The notes under the pieces were generated by a model, which saw nothing but the letters and a program-made list of their open reading frames with translations, was not told the DNA's origin and made no database searches. The position numbers and the translations under genes are program-made. From Flavobacteriales bacterium 33_180_T64 (GTDB taxonomy: Bacteria > Bacteroidota > Bacteroidia > Flavobacteriales > Flavobacteriaceae), in the NCBI GenBank assembly GCA_002162685.1, contig MAAQ01000023.1:4259-68258 (forward strand): a stretch of DNA of 64,000 nucleotides, in the 5' to 3' direction. Positions 19,733 through 28,938 of this stretch are shown one piece after another; within the stretch, counting starts at the first letter, position 1; every line of letters begins with the position of its first letter.

Positions 19733-20569
19733 ATGTCAAATATAATTTATTTAGGATATTACTTTAATGTGCAACCGCTACAACCAGCAGTAGAAATCCT
19801 AATTGCCGAGCTAGGTTATGCAGGTTTTGAAAGTTTTGTAGAAACTGAAGATGGAGTGACAGCTTATATTCAAAAGGAAGAATGGCATGCTAATATTTTA
19901 GAAGATATATATATATTAAATTCTGATGAATTTGAAATTACTTATACTTCTGAGGAGATAGAACAAACCAATTGGAACAAAGAATGGGAAAAGAATTTTA
20001 ATTCCATTATTGTAGATGGGATATGTTCTGTTCGTGCACCTTTTCATGACAAACCAAACACGGACTTTGATATTGTTATAGAACCAAAAATGAGTTTTGG
20101 TACTGGTCATCATGAAACTACACATATGATGATTCAGCATATTTTAAAAAATGATTTTAAGAATAAATCAGTTTTAGATATGGGTTGCGGAACAGGTGTT
20201 TTAGCTATTCTTACTGAAATGAAAGGCGCTAAGCCAATTGATGCTATCGATTATGATAATTGGTGCTACCTTAATAGTATTGAAAATGTAGAACGAAATA
20301 ATAGTCAGAATATTACTGTTTTAGAAGGTGATGCAAGTTTGTTGCTAGGAAAGCAATATGATATTGTTATCGCTAATATTAATAGAAATATTTTGCTGAA
20401 TGATATGGGAACTTATACTAAAACATTGAATGAGAATGGTGTTTTGTTTTTAAGTGGATTTTATAACAGCGATATACCAATCATTGAAGCCGAATGTAAT
20501 AAATTCAACTTAAAACACGTTGAAACTTTAGAAAGAAATAATTGGGTCGCTTTAAAATTTGAAAAATAA
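19733..20569 (+). CDS. prmA: Ribosomal protein L11 methyltransferase
   Basis: NWNKEW, PKMSFGTGHHETT, LDMGCGTG, ANINRN. ATG 19733 is preferred because TAACTTTG (19707-19714) lies upstream. Confidence 0.95.
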   Translation: MSNIIYLGYYFNVQPLQPAVEILIAELGYAGFESFVETEDGVTAYIQKEEWHANILEDIYILNSDEFEITYTSEEIEQTNWNKEWEKNFNSIIVDGICSVRAPFHDKPNTDFDIVIEPKMSFGTGHHETTHMMIQHILKNDFKNKSVLDMGCGTGVLAILTEMKGAKPIDAIDYDNWCYLNSIENVERNNSQNITVLEGDASLLLGKQYDIVIANINRNILLNDMGTYTKTLNENGVLFLSGFYNSDIPIIEAECNKFNLKHVETLERNNWVALKFEK

Positions 20570-20620
20570 TTTTTAACTTTATCTAAGGATACTGTAACCA
20601 ACCTCATTAAATAAACTGCT

Positions 20621-20908
20621 ATGAACACTATGATGAGTACAAAAGAAAAAGTAAAAGAAGAACTCCTTGTTGATACTTTAGAGTCTCCTTTAAATGAGAT
20701 TGTATTATACAATGACGATGTTAATACATTTGATCACGTTATTGATACCTTAATATATGCTTGTGAGCATACAGCTGAACAAGCCGAACAATGTTCTATT
20801 TTAGTACATTATAAAGGTCAGTGTACTGTAAAAACAGGCGAGTATAAAGAGTTAGAACCACGTTGTTCAAAACTTTTACAAGCGGGTTTGAGTGCAGAGA
20901 TAGTTTAA
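20621..20908 (+). CDS. clpS: ATP-dependent Clp protease adaptor ClpS
   Basis: VLYNDDVNTFDHV, ILVHYKG, GLSAEI. Confidence 0.9.
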   Translation: MNTMMSTKEKVKEELLVDTLESPLNEIVLYNDDVNTFDHVIDTLIYACEHTAEQAEQCSILVHYKGQCTVKTGEYKELEPRCSKLLQAGLSAEIV

Positions 20909-22116
20909 AAGAATTTTGAGATTGATAATTTCAAAAAAGAGTCTTCCCTAAAGTTAGATAAGATAAACTCATTAGTATCTATATTGTTAAAAAAGCGCCC
21001 TTCTAATTCTACTTTCCAACTACTTGCTATTCGTCTAGAAGCTTCAATACTAAAAATTTTACTACTGGTTTCTAAGTCTGTAATTCCTCCAATTAGAATC
21101 GAAGTATCTTGTGTGTCATTAAATGCAATTCGACTTCCGAAGAATACATCATTTTGAAGCGCATTTAATGCTAATTCATCTCTTTCATCATAAAGATATT
21201 CACCTAAAACACCAATATCCAACCCGTTACCATCAATATTACTAAAGGTATATTCTATACCTGCAACTAAAGCAAAGAAATCTTGAGTTTTAGAACTGCG
21301 ATAAATAGATTCAAATTTCCATAGAAAGGCATTATGAGTAATCTGAAAATCTAAGCCCGTTTGATTAATCACTGGATAAAATGCATTAATGTTTCCAGAG
21401 TTATCAAATGAAAATAAAGGTTCTCTTCCATTGCCATAAAAATGAGATATACCTATGTCGAATGCACCAAAATAATGCGACCATCTAAAAGCAATATCTT
21501 GTCGCCATTCTTTGGCACTGCTTTCATAAGTAACGGCATCTTCATCGATTATTAAAGGAAATCGTAAACGTCCTTTTTTACCAGGAAAACCCCTTTTTCT
21601 GTGATATGGTAAATAGAAAAAATCAAAATTGCCATAATTTGAAGTTAAGGTGTATTGTAACATAGGCTGTCCTAACTTTTCTTCTCCATCAAATGATTCT
21701 ACAGCATCTGTTTGATTAATAATGTCAACTAAATGATTGCTTTCGGTAACACCCCAATATATTTTTTTTAGTCCAGCACTAAATTCCCAATTGCCTTTTG
21801 CTTTTTGGTAGTAGAGTTCTCTAATATCCCAATGTGTTCGATTATCATCTTGATCTAACCTAAAAAAGCCTGTAAAATTAATACTTTCATAGCCTTTGTT
21901 CCATCGTAAATTGTACTCTGGGCGAAACGCTATTGATGGGAAATGATCTTCTTGATCTTGAAATTGACCGTCGTTTGTGAAGTAGCGATATTCTGCTTCT
22001 ATTTCGAGTTCGAAATCATGAGATACTTTTTTATCTTTCTCTTGAGCAAGCACATTATTTTGCACTAACAAAAGGATAAAGACAAGGGGTAAAAATACTG
22101 TTTTATGAGTTTTCAT
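20905..22116 (-). CDS. Putative outer-membrane beta-barrel of the MMPL/LolA-like module
   Basis: Signal peptide, beta-strand periodicity, RELY and WGVTES motifs, terminal aromatic residue (SKFF). Confidence 0.7.
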   Translation of the reverse strand: MKTHKTVFLPLVFILLLVQNNVLAQEKDKKVSHDFELEIEAEYRYFTNDGQFQDQEDHFPSIAFRPEYNLRWNKGYESINFTGFFRLDQDDNRTHWDIRELYYQKAKGNWEFSAGLKKIYWGVTESNHLVDIINQTDAVESFDGEEKLGQPMLQYTLTSNYGNFDFFYLPYHRKRGFPGKKGRLRFPLIIDEDAVTYESSAKEWRQDIAFRWSHYFGAFDIGISHFYGNGREPLFSFDNSGNINAFYPVINQTGLDFQITHNAFLWKFESIYRSSKTQDFFALVAGIEYTFSNIDGNGLDIGVLGEYLYDERDELALNALQNDVFFGSRIAFNDTQDTSILIGGITDLETSSKIFSIEASRRIASSWKVELEGRFFNNIDTNEFILSNFREDSFLKLSISKFF

Positions 22117-22225
22117 TGATGATTTAATTTAAAAGTGCAATACCGAAAACTATCGCTATTAACCAATACTAACTAAAACGATAAAAGGTATATAGTTAAC
22201 GATATTGCTACTCTTTTATAAGGGA

Positions 22226-22999
22226 TTAATTACCTGCTCTTTTTAGTGCAACTTGTGAAAAATCATCTTCAGTTAAGTTATTTTCAAAATTATAGTCACT
22301 AAACTTTAATAGTGTTTCTTTATTGCTTTGATGATTTACCATATTAAAAATACCAGCTCTCCAAAATTTGTTTTTGTATAACTGATACTCAGAATACGTT
22401 AACGTTTTTAAAAGGGCATTTTTTCTATCATAAAACTCAACTTTTTCAATACGATAACCTTTCGCTTTATTGTAGCTTACTAAGCGTCTTGTATAACCCG
22501 ATTTTGGATCTACAGGATCTTGTTCAACAATGAGGATTCCGTTTTTTTCTTCAAGAAATTTATAAGTATATTTTTCAACCTCTTGAGAAGACAAATCCTC
22601 ATAAGCAAACTCGCTGCCTACAAAAGGACCCGATTTATTATTAGATGAAATTCTTTTTACACGTTTTATAGACGGTAAGTATAACCATTGATCATCAGAG
22701 CCTACTTTGTGTGTAAATGTAAGTGTTGATGTACCTTTTACATCTTTTGGGCTATTAAAAACGATTAAGGATTTATCACCATCTTCGGTTAATTCTAAAG
22801 TTTTAGTGGTTAGTGAACGCTCGCTTGTTTGCCCGTTTTTATTTTTTAAGGTCATCTTTAATTCTACAGTAGAACTATTAAATCCTAAATCAGCTTTTTC
22901 TGCTGCTTTAGCGATTTCTAAACCACGTGCTTCAGGAGTTTGTGCATTTGCAATTCCTATGATTGATAATGCAATGATTGTAATGATTATTTTTTTCAT
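22226..22999 (-). CDS. Outer-membrane lipoprotein-sorting (LolA-like) protein
   Basis: DDQWLYLPSIKRVKRIS, FVGSEFAYEDL motifs, signal peptide. Confidence 0.85.
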   Translation of the reverse strand: MKKIIITIIALSIIGIANAQTPEARGLEIAKAAEKADLGFNSSTVELKMTLKNKNGQTSERSLTTKTLELTEDGDKSLIVFNSPKDVKGTSTLTFTHKVGSDDQWLYLPSIKRVKRISSNNKSGPFVGSEFAYEDLSSQEVEKYTYKFLEEKNGILIVEQDPVDPKSGYTRRLVSYNKAKGYRIEKVEFYDRKNALLKTLTYSEYQLYKNKFWRAGIFNMVNHQSNKETLLKFSDYNFENNLTEDDFSQVALKRAGN

Positions 23000-23001
23000 T
23001 T

Positions 23002-25362
23002 TTATATGTTTTTATGAGTTGTCTTTATTGGTGTTTCGTTTTTACTTATTAAAATAAGTAGAGATGGTAATAGGATAAAATCTATTATTAGAGCAGAGAT
23101 TATTATAATCACTGTAATTCTTGCCATATAACTATTTAATGCAAATGAGGAGGTTGAAAGCACAGCGAATCCAGCTAACAAAACAATTGTTGTTGTTACA
23201 AGGGCTTTTCCAACAGTTTCAAAAGCATATACTACAGCTTGTTTGGCATCATAGCCTAATTCACGCCTTGCTCTTAAAAACTTACTCATAAAGTGAACAG
23301 TATCATCTACTATTATTCCTAAGGTCATACCAAAAACGATCACCATTCCTGTATTTATTTGACCTTTATATAGCGCCCAAATACCGAAACCAACAAGAAC
23401 TGGTGTTACGTTTGGAATGATACTTAATAAACCAAGTTTAAAGTTTCTTAAGGCAAACATAAGTACTAGTGAAATTAGAATAAGTGCTATTATATTTCCA
23501 TTAAACATGCTCTCTGCTTGTCTGAATCCTAATTTTGAAAACATAAGCATTGGACTTACAGCTATAGCGTGCATTTCTTTTGGTGTATTATCGATTAACC
23601 ATTGTTCACTTTTTTCAGAAAAAGCAATCATTTCTGGACTGTCTAAGTTTTTTAATGTAACTGTAACACGAGATTCAGATTTATCGACATTGATTTGGTT
23701 GTTGAGGTCTAATCCAAAAGGTAAAGACAGTTCATATAGGAGTAAATATTGTGCAGCTTCTTCACGATTATCAGGAACACGATAAAAACGTTCGTTATCC
23801 CCATGCATAGAACGATTTACACGTCTAGCAACTTCACTAAAAGCATTTACATGAATAACCTCTGGTTGCTCTTTAAGCCAATCTTCAAAAGCATTAAGTT
23901 TTTTGAGGTACTCTGGATTATTAATACCTCCACTTTCTCCACTACCTATAGAGAACTCTATATTATAAATTCCAGTTAAGTTTTTGCTTATATAATCAGT
24001 GTCTGTTCTAAAAGTAACACTCTCATCAAAATAGTTTATAAACTCATCATTGAAGTCATTTTTTGTTGCTAAAAATGATAAACCTCCAATTATAATTAAT
24101 GAGATAAACGTAAGCTTTAAGGGCTGTTTTACTACAAAATTCCCTAAAGTTGAATACCAATTTTTAGTTGTTTTCTTGTGTTCTTTTTGTGCCTTAATTT
24201 TTACTGGAAATATGGCCATTAAAGCTGGTAGAGCAGTTGTTGAGAAAAGAAAAGCCATAGTCATTCCAAAAGCAGTAATATTTCCCAAATCCCAAAATGG
24301 AGGCACATCTCCAAAATTCATGGTTAAAAAACCTATAACTGTAGTTAAACTCGTAATAAATACTGGCATAAAGTTTAAACGCATCGATTCGATTAAAGCA
24401 TCGACTTTATTAAGGCCGTCTTGACGCATTTTCTGGAGCATAGTTATAAGAATATGAATACTATCTGCTACAGCGAGCGTAAGAATCATAGTCATAAATG
24501 TTGCTGAAGGAGGCGTTAATTTAATACCCATGATACCAATAAATCCTATAGCGCTAATAATTGAAAATAGAACGACAACTAAGGTTGCTATGGTACTATA
24601 AATATTTCTAGTTAATAGTAATGTGGTTATAATAACAATGATTAACATGAGCATCGTTAATGCCATATCTGCCATTGAAGATTCAAAAAAGGCTGTGTTT
24701 AATGGTACGAGTCCTGATGTGTGTACTTCAAAATTTGGATGTTTTTCTTTGAATTCTGAAATCATATTCCTAGTGAACATTGTGACCTCAGGAATCTCTT
24801 TAGCACTATCTAGACCCGGAAGTCTAACGGTAATATTAATTGCAGTAACACTCCCTTTTTCATTTATAATACGGTTGACTATTAATGGTTCTTTTAAAGC
24901 TTTTTCTCTTATTTCAGCAATTTCAGCATCATTTTTTAAAGCCGATTCATAAGACAGATCATCTACATACAAATCATCGCCTACTGCGCTTGTGTGCTGA
25001 AAGTTAGTTAATGCATCTACTCTAGACGAATAAGGTGTGTTCCATGATTCTGTTGTTAATTCTTCAATAGCAGTTAAGTTTTCTTTTGTAAATATGTTGC
25101 CATTAGAAGGAGATAAGACAATGATAACATTATCATCTTTAGTGTATTTTTCTTGAAGTGCGTCAAAAGCTTCTAACTCAGGATTTGACTCACTAAAGAA
25201 TACATGATAATCACCATCAAATTCCATATTTCCCTGAGACCCTAACCCTAATGCTAATATTAAAGATGCTATTAATACATACCATTTTCTTTTAATTACA
25301 AATTCGGCCCATTGTTTTGCGAATTTGTTTGAAGCGTTGCTTACTTTTTTAAGTGCATTCAT
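23002..25362 (-). CDS. MMPL/RND-family transporter
   Basis: Two TM bundles with large periplasmic loops, LAVADSIH and GIIVDDTVH motifs. Confidence 0.9.
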   Translation of the reverse strand: MNALKKVSNASNKFAKQWAEFVIKRKWYVLIASLILALGLGSQGNMEFDGDYHVFFSESNPELEAFDALQEKYTKDDNVIIVLSPSNGNIFTKENLTAIEELTTESWNTPYSSRVDALTNFQHTSAVGDDLYVDDLSYESALKNDAEIAEIREKALKEPLIVNRIINEKGSVTAINITVRLPGLDSAKEIPEVTMFTRNMISEFKEKHPNFEVHTSGLVPLNTAFFESSMADMALTMLMLIIVIITTLLLTRNIYSTIATLVVVLFSIISAIGFIGIMGIKLTPPSATFMTMILTLAVADSIHILITMLQKMRQDGLNKVDALIESMRLNFMPVFITSLTTVIGFLTMNFGDVPPFWDLGNITAFGMTMAFLFSTTALPALMAIFPVKIKAQKEHKKTTKNWYSTLGNFVVKQPLKLTFISLIIIGGLSFLATKNDFNDEFINYFDESVTFRTDTDYISKNLTGIYNIEFSIGSGESGGINNPEYLKKLNAFEDWLKEQPEVIHVNAFSEVARRVNRSMHGDNERFYRVPDNREEAAQYLLLYELSLPFGLDLNNQINVDKSESRVTVTLKNLDSPEMIAFSEKSEQWLIDNTPKEMHAIAVSPMLMFSKLGFRQAESMFNGNIIALILISLVLMFALRNFKLGLLSIIPNVTPVLVGFGIWALYKGQINTGMVIVFGMTLGIIVDDTVHFMSKFLRARRELGYDAKQAVVYAFETVGKALVTTTIVLLAGFAVLSTSSFALNSYMARITVIIIISALIIDFILLPSLLILISKNETPIKTTHKNI

Positions 25363-25375
25363 TTTTTGATTGATT

Positions 25376-25393
25376 TAATTGACCAGTCAACTA
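25376..25393 (-). promoter_or_regulatory. TetR operator 1
   Basis: TTGACCAGTCAA inverted repeat (25379-25390), read TAGTTGACTGGTCAA on the minus strand. Confidence 0.7.
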
Positions 25394-25475
25394 CTTGTTT
25401 TGACAAAATCATTTGTTTACTTATATGACGAATCTAACTTTAGATTAAGGGACAATTATTTATAAATATTAATAA

Positions 25476-25490
25476 TTGACCAGTCATCTA
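25476..25490 (-). promoter_or_regulatory. TetR operator 2
   Basis: Minus strand TAGATGACTGGTCAA. Confidence 0.65.
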
Positions 25491-25507
25491 TTTATTGATT
25501 AAAAAAA

Positions 25508-26104
25508 TTATTTTAAAAGTACGTTTCTTATCATATTCATGAAATTATCAATAGGATAAGCGTTATTCATTTCTTTCATGGTGGTCATGGATCCTTTTCC
25601 TGCATCTTCAATAAATGCAGCAATATCTGCAGCAGCCATTAAGTTATTAATTTCTCCAAGATCTTGAGCTTCTTGAATCACTTCAGTAATTAAAGCTAAA
25701 ACAAATTGTTCTTTATTTAAGATGCTCTTTCTAATGGCCTCACTATGTTCGGCCATTTCATTTCCTAAATTACAGGCCAGACATCCCATTTTACAATCCA
25801 TTTCATTTTTTAGAATGTTATATCTAAACTCGTGAAAATTTAATAGACGTTGTTTTGGAGAAACGGATTTATTTAGTAAAATTTCTTTGGCAGGAGTGAA
25901 ATGATCATCAAAGTACTTTTCTATAGCTTTAACAACAAAATCTTCTTTACTTTCAAAATAAAAATAAAAAGAACCTTTTGGAACACCAGCAATTTTTACA
26001 ATGTCATTGACACTTGTAGCATTGTACCCTTTAGACCATAACAACTCTATCCCTTTATCTAAAAGAATATCTGCTTTAAGTTCGTGTTTTAAGGTTTTAG
26101 TCAT
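25508..26104 (-). CDS. TetR/AcrR-family regulator, NemR-like
   Basis: GYNATSVNDIVKIAGVPKGSFYFYFESKE HTH, and DCKMGCLAC in the C-terminal domain. Confidence 0.92.
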   Translation of the reverse strand: MTKTLKHELKADILLDKGIELLWSKGYNATSVNDIVKIAGVPKGSFYFYFESKEDFVVKAIEKYFDDHFTPAKEILLNKSVSPKQRLLNFHEFRYNILKNEMDCKMGCLACNLGNEMAEHSEAIRKSILNKEQFVLALITEVIQEAQDLGEINNLMAAADIAAFIEDAGKGSMTTMKEMNNAYPIDNFMNMIRNVLLK

Positions 26105-26119
26105 TTCTGATTTTAATAT

Positions 26120-26143
26120 TGCAAATATATGACCACTCGTCTA
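26120..26143 (-). promoter_or_regulatory. tetR promoter overlapped by operator 3
   Basis: Minus strand TAGACGAGTGGTCATATATTTGCA: the operator runs into the TATATTTG -7 box. Confidence 0.7.
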
Positions 26144-26217
26144 GTAAATGAAATTTTTATATGTTAATTTTTTTGTAAATAAGAATTTTACAGACTAATA
26201 CATTGTTGCATAGGTGA

Positions 26218-27630
26218 TTATGATTTTGATTCGGATGGGCAAATAAAATCGGTTATTGATAAATCTGTTTTTTTAATGGCCCCAAAACCTCCTGCGATAT
26301 CAACAAGGCTATGAAAACCACGGGCTTTTAGTATTGAAGCAGCAATAACACTTCTATAACCACCAGCACAATGAATGTAATATTTTTTGTTTTTAGAGAC
26401 ATCACTCATATTTTCATTGATAGAGTCTAAAGCAAAATGTTGAGCATTTTCAAGATGCATGCTTTGATATTCTCCATCTTTTCTAACATCTAAAATGTCT
26501 AAATCACTATGTTTTTCTCGAACTGCAAATTCTTCAGCAGAAATAGACTCTAAGCTGTCTGTGTCTTTTCCTGCAATTGTCCAAGCATCAATTCCTCCTT
26601 CTAAATATCCTAAAGTATTATCGTATCCAACACGCGATAATCGTGTTATGGCTTCTTTACTTTTACCTTTAGGAACAATAAGAAGAATGGGTTGTTTAAT
26701 ATCTGTAATTAAAGCACCAACCCATGGAGCAAATTGTCCGTTAAGCCCAATAAATATTGAATTAGGAATGTGAGATTTTATATAATCACTTTGTGGTCTT
26801 ACATCTAGCATTAAAGCATCTTCACGATTTACTATAGTTTCAAAATCTTCAGGAGTTAGAGGGATGTGACCTGTTTTTAAAACAGATTCAAAAGTGTCGT
26901 AACCTGTTTTGTTAAGCATTGCATTTTTTTGGAAATACTGTGGAGGAGGAGCGATACCATCAAGAACTTCTTTTACAAATTCTGGTTTAGTCATATTTTC
27001 TCTAAGGGCATAATTGGTTTTTTTTTGATCACCAATTGAGCCTACAGTTTCTTTACTTAGATTTTTTCCACAGGCAGAACCTGCGCCATGAGCTGGATAA
27101 ACAATAACATCGTCAGCTAATGGCATAATTTTATTACGAAGCGAGTCATATAGCATTCCTGCTAGATCTTCTTTTGTTAAATCAGATTTGATTGCTAAAT
27201 CTGGTCGTCCTACATCTCCTAAAAAAAGCGTATCGCCAGAAAAGATAGCATGATTTTTACCTGTTTCATCAATCAATAAATATGTAGTAGATTCTAAGGT
27301 ATGTCCTGGTGTATGTAATACTTTTATTGTGATGTTACCAAGTTTAAATTCTTCATTATCATGAGCAGAATGAATAGTATAATTTGTTTCGGCTCCTGGA
27401 CCATAAATAATTGTAGCTCCAGTTTTTTTTGCTAAATCAACATGTCCTGATACAAAATCAGCATGAAAATGAGTTTCAAAAATATATTTGATGTTTGCAT
27501 GATTACTTTTAGCCTTGTCTATATATGTTTGTGTTTCGCGAAGCGGATCTATAATGGCAACTTCTCCATTTGATTCTATATAATAAGCACCTTGAGCTAA
27601 ACAGCTTGTATATAATTGTTCAATTTTCAT
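26218..27630 (-). CDS. MBL-fold persulfide dioxygenase-like protein fused to rhodanese domains (CstB/Blh-like)
   Basis: ETHFHADF, HTPGHT, YPAHGAG, C-terminal rhodanese HCAGGYRS. ATG 27630 (MKIEQLY) is preferred. Confidence 0.88.
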   Translation of the reverse strand: MKIEQLYTSCLAQGAYYIESNGEVAIIDPLRETQTYIDKAKSNHANIKYIFETHFHADFVSGHVDLAKKTGATIIYGPGAETNYTIHSAHDNEEFKLGNITIKVLHTPGHTLESTTYLLIDETGKNHAIFSGDTLFLGDVGRPDLAIKSDLTKEDLAGMLYDSLRNKIMPLADDVIVYPAHGAGSACGKNLSKETVGSIGDQKKTNYALRENMTKPEFVKEVLDGIAPPPQYFQKNAMLNKTGYDTFESVLKTGHIPLTPEDFETIVNREDALMLDVRPQSDYIKSHIPNSIFIGLNGQFAPWVGALITDIKQPILLIVPKGKSKEAITRLSRVGYDNTLGYLEGGIDAWTIAGKDTDSLESISAEEFAVREKHSDLDILDVRKDGEYQSMHLENAQHFALDSINENMSDVSKNKKYYIHCAGGYRSVIAASILKARGFHSLVDIAGGFGAIKKTDLSITDFICPSESKS

Positions 27631-27727
27631 AGAGACATCAGGTTTAACTCCAATACTGGAGTTCTTAATTTTGAGAGGCAAAGATACGAAGTATTCTTTT
27701 TTATAATCTGATAAAAGTCAGCTTTTG

Positions 27728-28144
27728 CTAATGTGGTAATTTGTTTTTTAATATACCATAAACAAATGTTCCTAGTAATGCAGCAAGAATAACTATAATT
27801 ACAGAAAATGCTCCAGTTCCAATTAATATGTACATTGGTCCAGGGCAAGCACCAGATAAAGCCCAACCTAGGCCAAAAATAGTGCCTCCAATGATGTAAC
27901 GTATTAATCCGTTATCTTTTTTAGGAACACGCATTAGTGAATCTTCGATGTTTTTTAGTTTTAATTGTTTGGAAAGTAAAAGCAATAGGACACCAGTTGT
28001 TACTGCGCTTCCTATAATTCCATACATATGAAAGGATTCAAATTTGAACATTTCGTAGATACGATACCAAGAGACAGCTTCAGATTTTACGAGTACGATT
28101 CCGAAGATAATTCCAACGAATAAAAATTTTAAAGACTTTATCAT
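27728..28144 (-). CDS. YeeE/YedE-family (sulfur transport domain) membrane protein
   Basis: IFGLGWALSGACPGP motif. Confidence 0.85.
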   Translation of the reverse strand: MIKSLKFLFVGIIFGIVLVKSEAVSWYRIYEMFKFESFHMYGIIGSAVTTGVLLLLLSKQLKLKNIEDSLMRVPKKDNGLIRYIIGGTIFGLGWALSGACPGPMYILIGTGAFSVIIVILAALLGTFVYGILKNKLPH

Positions 28145-28145
28145 A

Positions 28146-28706
28146 TTAACCAAAAATTAAAGGAAATAGTAAATGAATCATGATTAAACCACCTAAAAAG
28201 AAACCAATAACAGCAATTAGTGATGGTAGTTGTAAGCTACTTAAACCCGTGATGGCATGACCAGATGTACAGCCTCCAGCGTAACGAGTACCAAAGCCTA
28301 CTAAGAATCCGCCAATAATTAAAATAGCTAAACCTTTAATGCTTAACATGGCATCCCAACTATATAATTCTGTTGGAAGTAGTGATTGTCCCGCATTTTC
28401 AAACCCGAGAGAACTAAGTGTTTTAACTGTCTCTGGATTTAAGTTAATGTTCGTAGGTGTTGATAAATAGAAATGTGCAATATAGCCACCTATAATAGCT
28501 CCAAGAACAATAGTGAGATTCCAGCGTTGTGCCTTCCAGTCAAAATCAAAGAATTTTACTTTTTTTCCTGCACCTCCAATAGCACAGAGCGTTCTAAGGT
28601 TTGAAGACATACCAAATGTTTTTCCAAAGTAAATAAGGACAAACATGATAATTGCGATGAGTGGACCACATATATACCATGGCCAAGGTTCTAGGATTGA
28701 TTGCAT
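28146..28706 (-). CDS. YeeE/YedE-family membrane protein
   Basis: VGFGTRYAGGCTSGHAITG motif. Confidence 0.88.
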   Translation of the reverse strand: MQSILEPWPWYICGPLIAIIMFVLIYFGKTFGMSSNLRTLCAIGGAGKKVKFFDFDWKAQRWNLTIVLGAIIGGYIAHFYLSTPTNINLNPETVKTLSSLGFENAGQSLLPTELYSWDAMLSIKGLAILIIGGFLVGFGTRYAGGCTSGHAITGLSSLQLPSLIAVIGFFLGGLIMIHLLFPLIFG

Positions 28707-28760
28707 AAATAGTATAAAATTAAATTCAAAAATAAGAATTTTGTTTTTTTGAAAAAATAG

Positions 28761-28793
28761 TTTGGTAATAATTTAATAAATGTATTATATTTG
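28761..28793 (+). promoter_or_regulatory. Promoter of tRNA-Arg
   Basis: TTTG (28761-28764), 21-nt spacer, TATATTTG (28786-28793). Confidence 0.75.
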
Positions 28794-28807
28794 CACCCAC
28801 TTAAAAA

Positions 28808-28881
28808 GGCCTCGTGGCGCAACTGAATAGCGCACTTGATTACGGCTCAAGAGGTTACTGGTTTGAATCCAGTCGAGGTCA
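28808..28881 (+). tRNA. tRNA-Arg (anticodon ACG)
   Basis: Acceptor stem GGCCTCG/CGAGGTC, anticodon arm CTTGA-TT-ACG-GC-TCAAG, T-arm ACTGG-TTTGAAT-CCAGT. Confidence 0.96.
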
Positions 28882-28887
28882 CGAATA

Positions 28888-28919
28888 AAAAAAAGCAAGC
28901 TATATAGCTTGCTTTTTTT
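28888..28919. terminator. Bidirectional terminator
   Basis: Perfect palindrome AAAAAAAGCAAGCTATATAGCTTGCTTTTTTT. Confidence 0.85.
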
Positions 28920-28938
28920 GTTTTAACACTCCTTTTTA

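Noticed and set aside
22117-22225. 109-bp gap inside the MMPL module as a gene remnant
   Set aside because: No convincing ORF, repeat or hairpin is present.
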